Origin: Octopus sinensis
Lineage: Eukaryota
Length of the DNA: 64,000 nt
Direction: 5' to 3'
NCBI RefSeq assembly: GCF_006345805.1
Contig: NW_021835470.1
Span: forward strand, 6,201 to 70,200
The translations under genes were made by a program, and so were the position numbers. Positions 53,365 to 64,000 of the stretch are shown here, in pieces (position 1 is the first letter of the stretch; the number at the start of each line of letters is the position of its first letter). A model generated the notes under the pieces. That model worked only from the letters and a program-made list of their open reading frames with translations. It searched no databases and had not been told where the DNA came from.

Positions 53365-53494
53365 CAATAATCACTCACCATATCGCGGTTCACCTATCAG
53401 GGTTCACCTATCACGGTTTATTATTTAAACTTACGTCGATTCCTCTGTGGTTTTGTTTTGCATTTATAATAAAAGAAATATATACAAATTATAA

Positions 53495-53536
<42 letters not shown>

Positions 53537-53670
53537 ATGTATATGTATGTATATGTATATATATGTATATGTATATATGTATATATATGTATATGTATAT
53601 ATATGTATATGTATATGTATGTATGTGTATGTATATGTATATGTATGTATATGTATGTAATGTATATGTG

Positions 53671-53721
<51 letters not shown>

Positions 53722-53889
53722 ATATATATGTGTGTGTATATATGTCTATATATATGTGTGTATATATGTCTATATGTATATGTATATGTATATATATATA
53801 TTCAGTACAGTACCGTTTTTACTTCGCGGATTTTCTCCTGTCACGGGTAGTCTTGGAACGTAGCACACGCTATAGTCGATGGATTACTG
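53365..53889. mobile_element. pogo/Tigger-like MITE with an internal expanded (TATG)n tract
   Basis: Ends CAATAATCACTCACCATATCGCGG and (reverse complement) CAGTAATCCATCGACTATAGCGTG; TA on the left, CA on the right. Confidence 0.45.
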
Positions 53890-53988
53890 CACATTTATTT
53901 TCAGATTGTGCTCAGTTTTACTAAATCTAGATATTTCCTCCTCACTCTGTTTCACTTTCAAGCTCTATGCCATATTTGTTTTATATAT

Positions 53989-54380
53989 TGGCTGTGTGGT
54001 AAGTCGCTTGATAACCAACCACATGGTTCTGGGTTCAGTCCCACTGCGTGGAATCTTGGGCAAGTGTTTTCTAATATAACCCCGGGCCGACCAATGCCTT
54101 GTGAGTGGATTTGGTTGACGGAAAGAAGCCTGTCGTATATATGTATATATATATAAGTGTGTGTGTATATGTTTGTGTGTCTGTGTTTGTCACCCCAGCA
54201 TTGCTTGACAACCGATACTGGTGTGTTTACGTCCCCGTCACTTAGCGGTTCGGCAAAACAGACCGATAGAATAAGTACTGGGCTTACAAAGAATAAGTCC
54301 CGGGGTCGATTTGCTCGACTAAAGGCGGTGCTCCAGCATGGCCGCAGTCAAATGACTGAAACAGGTAAAAGAGTAAAGAG
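53989..54380 (+). mobile_element. SINE family A, nearly full length
   Basis: Collinear with the 30214 copy. Confidence 0.9.
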
Positions 54381-55093
54381 TAATATATATATATATATAT
54401 ATATATGTTAAGTTGAACTCTCTTTCGAAGACATTGTAAAACTAAAGTTAGTAATAAAATTAATACTATTTTCATTACCTATGTTTGGTTTACACAGATA
54501 TCTCTTAAATATTGCACCAGTGAGTGATTGTGTGCCAGGTCACATAAGCTGCTAAAAACGGGATCATGATATTCTTGAAAGTCATAAAATTGCTTTGAAA
54601 AACATACTCGTAAATAAAATATATGTGGAAAAAGTTGAGATAGATATAAATGGAACCTCCTTGCGCACTCGTGTATAGAATCCTAGTTGAACTTTAGCTA
54701 ATCAACAAGCATAATATTCTCTTTGAACAAGTTCACTATTGTGATTCCTAATCACAGATCAAACCTAAATAACCTCGTTACTGAACAAACGATTACTACC
54801 ATCCAAAAGCTTTCCCTCTCAAAACAACATATTAGGAGATATATACATACACACACACACACTCATATATATATATACATATGCTCCTGTACGCATATAC
54901 GTTGTATGTATATGTGTGTGTGTGCGCGTGTGTGCACAAATATCTCTTTAAATTCAAATTTTAATCAGTACACGTGTTTCGCCCCCAGCAGGTTTTCAGT
55001 TGTATGATCGTTGAGGGCAAAAAAATTGTTATAAATTCCATCATGTGTTGGGTAGCATCTTCCACTTTCCTTTGGATTAGAAAACATGAAATA

Positions 55094-55165
<72 letters not shown>

Positions 55166-55173
55166 ATATATAT

Positions 55174-55206
<33 letters not shown>

Positions 55207-55376
55207 CTGAATGTGTGTTTGTGTGTATATATAGCCACCTCTTCTACTGCTACAGCCGTTGCTACTGCTACTACTATTAGCTACAGTTACTTAATAACAA
55301 AATTTACACCACTGTATAAGAATACTGCCGCTGTTAAAATTGTTACCACTACTACTACTACTAATAATAATAATAA

Positions 55377-55412
<36 letters not shown>

Positions 55413-55452
55413 CAGCAGCAGCAACAGCAGCAGCAATAATGATATTAATAAT

Positions 55453-56009
55453 AAATGCCCTGATGCAGTACCAGCCACTGGCTCGCATGGCTGTTGATCT
55501 TAACTGATTGGAAGTGTTTTCATGTACTTTGTTTTGTGTTGGTATAAAAGATGGGCTACAGCAAATATTCTGCTCAATACCACAGATTTGCTTGTCAGAT
55601 GCTTGACCTTAACCAATTGAGCATGTCCCTTAATGGCTGACGATATGTGCATCACTGATCATGAGCAGAAGTAGTGGGGGAGAATTATAGCCATGTGAGT
55701 AGAGGAATTCTTTAAGGTTTGAATAATTCACTTCTGGAAACATGGATATATTGTTCATCGTCCTTAAACAAACCTTATTCAGCAACATTTTGAGTTGGAC
55801 GGACTACTCAACCTGAAGAAAGTTCTAACTGGACCCCACCTGTAATATCATGCGCTGTTTATTTTGATATCAAATCACCCTGTCACGCACATATGGTTGT
55901 GATGCATTGCCTGGTGTGCGCTTATCAGACGGGTTGTCCTCATAGGTATATTGGGCTTCGTACATTTTACGCCTGTGTCACTTTGATGGCATGCACTGCT
56001 CTCTCATTC
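55453..56009. other. Unclassified ~555-bp higher-GC insert bounded on both sides by (AAT)n
   Basis: Sharp complexity change at both ends into AAT repeats. No ORF with recognisable motifs; a single copy in the window. Confidence 0.4.
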
Positions 56010-56053
<44 letters not shown>

Positions 56054-56266
56054 GTATAATAATTGTAATAATAGTAGTAATAATAGTAATAATAATAATA
56101 ATTGTAATAATAGTAGTAATAATAATAATTATAATAATTGTAATAATTGTAATAATAGTAGTAATAATAGTAATAATAATTATAATAATAATTATAATAA
56201 TTGTAATAATAGTAGTAATAATAGTAATAATAAATAATAATAATAATTGTAATAATTGTAGTAATA

Positions 56267-56297
<31 letters not shown>

Positions 56298-56416
56298 TTA
56301 TAATAATTGTAATAATAGTTAAAATAATAATTATTATTATTATAATTGTAATAATAGTAGTAATAGTAATAATATTAATGATAATAATAATAATAATTGT
56401 AATAATAGTAGTAATA

Positions 56417-56447
<31 letters not shown>

Positions 56448-56566
56448 TTATAATAATTGTAATAATAGTTAAAATAATAATTATTATTATTATAATTGTA
56501 ATAATAGTAGTAATAATAATAATGTTAATGATAATAATAATAATAATTGTAATAATAGTAGTAATA

Positions 56567-56612
<46 letters not shown>
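56010..56612. repeat. Degenerate (AAT)n array with a 150-bp higher-order repeat
   Basis: The marker aataatagttaaaataataattattattat occurs at 56311 and 56461. Confidence 0.9.
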
Positions 56613-56614
<2 letters not shown>

Positions 56615-57429
56615 TGACCCAGCAAGCATAAGAATCTTGACACTAGCATCATGTGAATATTGTAAATAGCAAACAAAACATGTGATGTTCCCGAACTACT
56701 ATCACGAAGGACTAATATCATTTTGTTTATCAAAATATATTCCCCAACCTCTTACAGCATGTTTAAATCGTCTTACAATGATTAAAACTGGTGGAATATC
56801 TTGAGTGAAAAGTAAATGTTTTGTTTCTTTTTCTCCATATATATTTATTAATATACAAACACAGTCACACACACACACAGTAACAAACACACACACACAC
56901 GCACACATAGGCGCACAAGCAAATAGAGTAGATTTGTGCGACAGAGAATTCACGTGTGTGCGTACACATAAAATATAATCATTCGTTCTTGAGCCTTGTA
57001 TTATCTTTCACTTTTTCATTTTGCATTGATTATATTTGCACAGTGACTATGCATACGAAACTCACACCTGCACATGCACATGGCCACATACAGATATGAA
57101 CATAAACCTATACATACATACTTACATACATACATACATATATGTAATGACATTGATTAAGGAGAAATTTTCAGAAGCAGACTGAAGAGATGATTATGCG
57201 TTAACACAGAGCAGTAAATTTAATCTGGGGTAAACAATACATACTTCAATATTGTTCAGATGACGAATATGTATTTGTCCGATTAAGATCTATCATAAAG
57301 AACTCAATCTATGACTAGGCTAATACATATGAATATATGTGTGTGTGTGTGTGTTTGTATTTGTGTATATAAATGCATATGTGTATATAAATATATACAT
57401 GCACATATCTATTCCTGAATGTGTGTATA

Positions 57430-57472
57430 TATATACATATATATAAATGCATGTATCTATTTATGTATATAT

Positions 57473-57517
<45 letters not shown>

Positions 57518-57541
57518 TAAATACAAGCATATATAGTGTAA

Positions 57542-57585
<44 letters not shown>

Positions 57586-57737
57586 TACTTTATATAGATA
57601 AATACAAGCATATATATGCATATATATATATATTATATATATATACACATATATATAAATACAAGCATATATATGTATATAACTATATATAATATTGCAT
57701 ATATATTATATATATATACATATATTTAAATACAAGC

Positions 57738-57781
<44 letters not shown>

Positions 57782-57910
57782 TATATATATACATATATTT
57801 AAATACAAGCATATATATGTATATATATATATATATATACATGCATATATCTATTTATGTATGTCTATATATATGTCTGTATTTATTTATTTATGCATAT
57901 ATATATATAT
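57430..57910. repeat. (TA)n-based minisatellite punctuated by AAATACAAGCATATAT
   Basis: The motif is seen five times (~57519, 57600, 57657, 57727, 57800), with variable TA spacers. Confidence 0.85.
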
Positions 57911-57916
57911 GTGTGT

Positions 57917-58426
57917 ATATAATTTAGAGACAAACCACTATTAATAAAATTAAATAAAGAAAGATATTATTCACTCCATATAGAAAACATATGCTATAAA
58001 AATACCTTATTTGAAATGAATAAAGTACAATAAATAGTAAATAGTAGCAAAAATAAAATCTATTTGCTTGTCAGTTAATTATTTTGATAATTAGTATAAC
58101 TTAAGATAAGTACATTTATTTTATTATTATTTTTATTATTTATCATCTTAAATCTGATGATTGACTATATTTTTAAGTAGAATTAGTATTAGTTCGATTT
58201 AATTTTCAATAGAATTGATATTATTATTATCTATTTGAAAATATAACCATGAAACCTGCGTAGTTTTTCCTACTATTTACCATTTATTGTACTTTATTGA
58301 TTTAGAATAAGATTGTTTATAGAATATGTTTTCTATATGGTGTGAATAACATCTTTACTCTAAATATACATATATTATATATTGTGAAATTTAATTTAAA
58401 ATTGTTACATTGAACTTTTCCGTACT

Positions 58427-58430
<4 letters not shown>
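57917..58430. repeat. AT-rich fold-back insert in (TA)n (~95-bp arms, ~210-bp spacer)
   Basis: 57959-58052 is approximately the reverse complement of 58264-58356. Homologous to 37604-37830. Confidence 0.7.
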
Positions 58431-58462
<32 letters not shown>

Positions 58463-58488
58463 TATATATATATATATATATATGTATT

Positions 58489-58680
58489 GGGGATTGCCGG
58501 TTTATGGTATTACCCTGGTTTTCCCGTCCATAAACGATTTAACTTTATAGCGTATTACCAGATCCCAAAACCTGTTTACCCAAGACTTAAGTCAACAGAT
58601 TTTGTGGTCTGACGATACGCCATAAACACAAACCCTTTATGGATGGGAAACCCAGAGTAATCCCATAAACCGCCGTTCCC
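58489..58680. mobile_element. MITE with ~45-bp imperfect TIRs starting GGGA
   Basis: gggattgccggtttatggtattaccctggttttcccgtccataaa versus the reverse complement of the right end, gggaacggcggtttatgggattactctgggtttcccatccataaa. No clear TSD. Confidence 0.7.
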
Positions 58681-59527
58681 TTTCATATATACATACACAC
58701 ATCCACACTTATATTTGTGTATCTTATATATATATACATATACATGCATATATATATGTATACATATGTGCATGTATATATACATGAGATATAAATATAA
58801 GTGTAGATGTCTCTAAATATATATATATACGTATATATATATATATATATGTTTGTGTCTGTATGCCTGTGTGTGTGTTTAAACATAGAGGTATCATACA
58901 GGACCAGACGTTCTTCCATGTCAGAAGAAAATGTATACACATAAAAGAAAAAATAGTATGAACAACAAGAAGGGAGAAGTGAAACCAATGTGTTTGTTTA
59001 GTGTGAATGTGTGTGTGTGTGCGCGCGTTTACCTATATGTCAGTATACACACTGGTATACATGTATGTACTCATATATATATATGTACGTCTGTGTACGT
59101 GTACATATGTGTGTGTGTGTGTCTGTATGTAAGAAGGAGTGTATGAAAAAGGAGAGTATGTAGCCGAAAGCGGCGAAGGAGAAACTACATCATTGACTAG
59201 CATATATAAACGTAAATAATAAGTAATTTAACGAAGCATTATGTATGTGAGCGCTCGCGAACGTGTTTACTAAAGCTGTTACACGCAGATTCTACTTATA
59301 TATTGATACTTTCACTGTCTGGGGCAGTTTTAAAATAATGTTACGGCAGAACATAAAGAAATTAACGATGGGCATCTGTTTGGAAATGCTTCAAGTTGGT
59401 CACATTTATGTAGGGAGTAAAATTATAAATTTCGTATCAAATAACATTAAATATATGTTGGTATTTATCTGCGTATATATATATATATATTTATGAATTT
59501 ATGCATAGTTTTTAGGAGTGTATATGA

Positions 59528-60010
59528 ATGAACCCCTATCTTGCTCAGAACATTGACCTCCTGGAATCTGTTCAGAGACGTGCAACCAAACGCATACCCT
59601 CCATCAGACACCTACCATACTCTGAGCGCCTTGTTTCCCTGGGCATGGATTCACTGACGCTCCGGCGTCTGGCGATGGACTTGGTAAACACCCACAAAGT
59701 TATCAACCACCTCATCAACAACAACACTGAACACCTTTTTGATCTCCATGTGTCCAACACACGTGGACATGCCTACAAAGTCAGAAAACAGCACAGCTCC
59801 CATGACTTTCGGAAACATTTTTTCACACTCAGAGTTGCTGAAGCATGGAACAAACTGCCTGCGTCAGTTGTTGACTGCCATGACACTGCATCCTTTAAGG
59901 CCCTCATGCTTTCCGAAATCCGCCGAAACTACACCTGATTATACATACACTTTAGATGAGTTGTAGTGCACCTGAGCACTGTACACAATGTTTTATTTTT
60001 ATTATTATTA
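59528..60010 (+). mobile_element. 5'-truncated CR1-clade LINE (ORF2 C-terminus, 3'UTR, TAT-rich tail)
   Basis: NPYLAQNIDLLESVQRRATKRIP...YSERLVSLGMDSLTLRRLAMDL...TRGHAYKVRK...FFTLRVAEAWNKLPASVV...SFK is the CR1/L2-group C-terminal signature. Stop at 59938, then a short UTR ending ttattattatta. Confidence 0.9.
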
Positions 60011-60882
60011 CATACATATGTGTGTGAGCTTGCTCGTGTGTATGTGTGTGCGTGTTTGTGTTTGTGTGCGTTGTGACGTGTGACACACAACAAAAGTTCA
60101 TACCCCACACTATGTCTCAGACACGTCAAACTTATATCCCACGCGGTACGACGCCAGGAATCAATCTACGTGATAGGTCAGTACGGAATACTAGCAACAT
60201 ATACGTATGAACTTGGGTAAAAATGTATATACCTAATTTTGGAGTCATGTTAATATTCACAGCTTCATAGTGTGTAGCTCCGAAGAGAAAATTAGTTCTC
60301 AAATCCCTGGCGTAAAAAGCTGATATAGAAGGTCTTATAGCCTGTCTTTCAGTAAAGAGAGAAACGTCTGCTGTCTTCTGGATAGCGGACGTCATTAACA
60401 TTTTCTCATACACAATCTAATGACTTATGTTATTAACTTTCTGTCAGCGAAGGATCCTTAAAAGTCAACGTATTATTACTAATGCTCTTTTTTTATTTCT
60501 TCCTTTCTTTTCTTTCTTCTGGCTCTGGGAGTGTGCTGTGGGTGGGGATTTTACGAGTCATGTCATTGATCAACACATGCGCCTCTCTAAACTAATGAAT
60601 TATTTTAATTGGAAAGAGATTGACGGAAAAATTAAATGTGCTCACTTCACACATTCAGTTATAAACAGGCACAAAGCTGAAATCTAATGCATCAAAGATG
60701 CGTGCATGTTATATAAATCATAGAATGCCAAACATGCTTATCCGTATTTTATTACAACTGTATGTATATATATATATATATATTGGTTGGCATCCTTTTT
60801 GTCTCGGGAGACAATGGAGTTGCGCATAAAATAGTCCAGAGCCTTGTGAGTGGATTTGGTACACGGAAACAGAAGCCTGTCG

Positions 60883-60933
<51 letters not shown>

Positions 60934-61900
60934 TTGTGTGTGTGTGTGCATGTGTGTGTGTGTGCGTGTTATATTTATTCGGATAAAAATTCTTCTGCTA
61001 GCGAAATTATTCCCTAGTTTTCCAGTGCTTTTTATCATACGTTATTTACGAATTTCTTATCATATCTGAATGAATATATATGTAAGCAAATGATCAAATT
61101 TTACTTAAGTGTGTAGAATAACGAAATCGTAAATACATATATTTGTTTTGTGTAAATTAACGAAGTGAAATGCTATTCCGTAATAATACCCTTAGAATCA
61201 ATATTGATACATAAAATATATATTAATATTTGCATGTATATTGTTTATACTTTGAAATAATTTTATCAAACTCCAAATTTTAAGATAAACATTGTTGTTT
61301 CATAAAAATATTGTGAATAATTTATTACATGTAAAAACTGTAAAAACTATAGTATTTTCTTATTCCGTGTTTTTTTAAACTAAAAAATGACTTTAAAACG
61401 TATGTTATAATAGATGACAATTGGAAAATTTAAATGTGACTTTGAAATAAGATATAGCTCCTTATTTGGTGTCTCTGGATGTATATATGTATGTCCTTTT
61501 TGACCCCTAAGTTAGGGTTAAACGAAGGAGATATCTATTTAGATATGGTACCGAGGGAGTTAATAGTAAATATTGGACAAATTAGAAATGTAATAGTTGC
61601 GTATTTGAGTTTTAGTTTTTATTTGTTTTTCGTGAGAGTAAAGAACTAATGCAATGATAATTCAAGACGTTTTATTGCGTTAATTTTTAATATTTACTTA
61701 TAATCCACCGAAGGGTAAAAAAAGATATTTTATGATAATAATATGCTTTTGTCTTTATTATATCATGGTCTTTTTGACAGAATCAGCTGTCTGGGATAAT
61801 TGAATAAATGAAAAATCGATCATTCATATCAAAATCTGCTTCAGTTCAATTTATTTTATGACACTTATTGTTTAAAGAATTGTTATAATGATCATTTGCT

Positions 61901-61956
<56 letters not shown>

Positions 61957-62620
61957 TGTGTGTATACAACACATAGATACATAAATATATATACATATAC
62001 ATCTTACCATCAGCTAGATATTTTTACCGTATCTATGATAACTTCTGAACATCCATCATATCGTTATCTGTCTAAACGTCTTCACGTACCAGTTCATTGC
62101 ATCAGTTCACACATACATGAAGTCGTTAAAATGTCATCTATTGACTTGTTTGCAGCCAAGCGTACAGACATTTTCCGACCTGCTGCGTTGAAGTAATTTG
62201 TCATGCTAATTTCAGTAGGGGTTCTTTAGTCAATCCCGCTCATGTCTCTGAATAGAAACCATGAATTGATCACAATGTGATTTGTATATTTGAAAGTACA
62301 ACTTTTGTGTTGACAACATTGTTTCATAAAAAAAACAAGATTTTTTGCATTTCAATGCAACTGAATAAATCAAAATTCAAACCTCACCCAAACTCTTCGA
62401 TCTCACAACATATCTGCGTTGTACTCGATACATGTATTGAAATTGTAGAACTAAATAACTTCTGTCTTCCAGAAATAATTTCTTCATTCGACAAAATGAA
62501 AATCGCTTCCTATTGTTTAGCAAGCCAAATTGCACGTATCTACGCATGTACGTATGTACGTACGTGCATGTATATTATATGTACGCACATACGTATATAT
62601 ATATATATATATATATATAT

Positions 62621-62998
62621 GGAAGGGCAATGGCCCAGTCGTTGGGGCGGCAGACTCGCGGTCGTAGGATCGGGGTTTCTTTTCCCAGACCGAGTGTTGT
62701 GAATGTTTATTAAGCGAAAACACTTAAAATTTTACGAGGCTCCGGCAGGGGAAGGTGGCGAACTGTGCTGTACTCTTTCACCACAACTTTCTCTCACTCT
62801 TTCTTCCTGTTTCTGTTGTACCTGTGTTTCAAAGGGCCAACCTTGTCACACAATGGGTCACGTTGAACCTCCCCGGGAACTACGTTAAAAGTACGCGTGT
62901 CTGTGGAGTACTCAGCCACTTGTATGTTAACTTCACGTGCAAGCTGTTCCATTGATCAGATTAACTGGAACCCTCGTCGTCGTAACCGACGGAGTGCC
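62621..62998 (+). mobile_element. Arg-tRNA-headed SINE, tail type B1 (older)
   Basis: Collinear with the 24264 copy; ends gtcgtaaccgacggagtgcca. Confidence 0.88.
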
Positions 62999-63166
62999 AG
63001 GTTAGTAGATATATATTTTTGAATGTATTCTATTTATTAATTACATTATTTTTTTATCGCGTCTAAAATAAAGTTCACTGGTAGTTCGTAGGTAGAGGTC
63101 ACAAGTTGAACTCCTGCGAGAAATATAAACACTGAACGAAATTAACTCTTTACATCTTTGATACAC

Positions 63167-63210
<44 letters not shown>

Positions 63211-63239
63211 GTCTCTCTCGGCCTGTTAGTAGTGCTCTG

Positions 63240-63850
63240 TAAACTAAAGGTTTGTGCGAAAAGGGGCACCTCAGTATGCAAGTACAATGTACTATGAATT
63301 ATACTAAATGTTTTTGTAAGTAAATACCACATCCCACTGCGTCAGCAGTACTTGTTACATTATTTTTACGGTTGTTTCCACAGATATTGTATAGAAAATG
63401 TAGCGCTGATTTTTGCTACAGCGTTTCGTATCGATACGTCAGTTGTATACAAGCAATGAGATCGGAGATAAAAGTGGGTAATGAGTGCACCCATTTAATC
63501 GGCACCCATCATACAGCGGTGTTAAGTTCAGTTTATATATTAGATGCATTCCTTGTACTGCTATGTAAACATTAAAGGTTTATAGGTACGTGGCACTTCG
63601 ATATGCAAATACAATATACTATGAAGTATACTAAAAGTTTTATACGTCAGTTTCACGTCCCACTGCGTCAGTAGCGCTTGTTACGTTATTTTTAAGGTTG
63701 TTTCTGCAGATATCCTATAGAAACTAGAGCCAGCATTGATTTTTGCTACAAAATTTCATATCGATACGAAACGCTGTAGCAAAAATCAGTAGCTGTAGAT
63801 TCCATAGAATATCTGTAGATTCTATTGAATTTATAGAATAACAACCTTTA
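63240..63850. repeat. ~326-bp diverged tandem unit (1.6 copies) followed by an inverted copy
   Basis: tcccactgcgtcag at 63332 and 63658. atcgatacgaaacgctgtagcaaaaatcag (~63760-63790) is the exact reverse complement of ctgatttttgctacagcgtttcgtatcgat (~63406-63435). Confidence 0.75.
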
Positions 63851-64000
63851 AAATGCTGTACGATACATACGTTCAAAGTTTGTAATTTATATTTTGTGCG
63901 TATTGCAAAATGTAAATAATTCTAATATATATTAGAGGGAAACTCATTGTATCAAATTTATATTACAGGATATATCATAATGACTGGTGACAGAAGATAT

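Noticed and set aside
57430-57910. CRISPR-like repeat-spacer array
   Set aside because: The spacers are only TA repeats, the context is eukaryotic and there are no cas genes.
58150-58205. CTGATGA in the spacer of the fold-back insert
   Set aside because: No GAAA or GUH downstream (reads GATTT), so it cannot be called a ribozyme.
58603-58665. CTGACGA...GAAAC-ccaga-GTA hammerhead-like arrangement inside the MITE
   Set aside because: The base of stem II is an unpaired 3x3 region, and the GAAAC half is part of the TIR, where the other TIR copy reads GAAAA. Likely coincidence.

Overview
This is an AT-rich, microsatellite-saturated animal genomic window. The SINE families point to a coleoid cephalopod, probably Octopus, but that is inference. 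I could not identify any intact host gene. Almost all ORFs in the track are translations of microsatellites or SINEs. Contents: (1) a 5'-truncated, frameshifted Penelope-like retroelement (PLE) at about 8.77-13.6 kb, with RT, CxCx5Cx5C and a C-terminal GIY-YIG domain. Its long 3' tail carries a complete canonical hammerhead ribozyme core whose stem II is an unusual ~85-nt hairpin. (2) At least four other families of short, ORF-less inserts with PLE-type tandem or inverted architecture, mostly in (TA)n tracts; two of these families carry hammerhead or hammerhead-like motifs, including a 554-bp tandem unit that looks like a retrozyme. (3) About 25 tRNA-derived SINE copies from about 5 families, including Meta-domain SINEs and two Arg-tRNA-headed SINEs that share a 5' half but have different tails. 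(4) DNA transposon relics: a DD36E-spaced Tc1 with TIRs and TA TSDs, a DD37D maT fragment, a mariner element made of two 3' ends, MITEs and two Helentron-like elements. (5) A CR1 LINE 3' end, a tRNA-Asp pseudogene, a near-identical 787-bp tandem duplication, and a few weak exon candidates. All structures and alignments were read by eye; coordinates of degenerate repeats are approximate.
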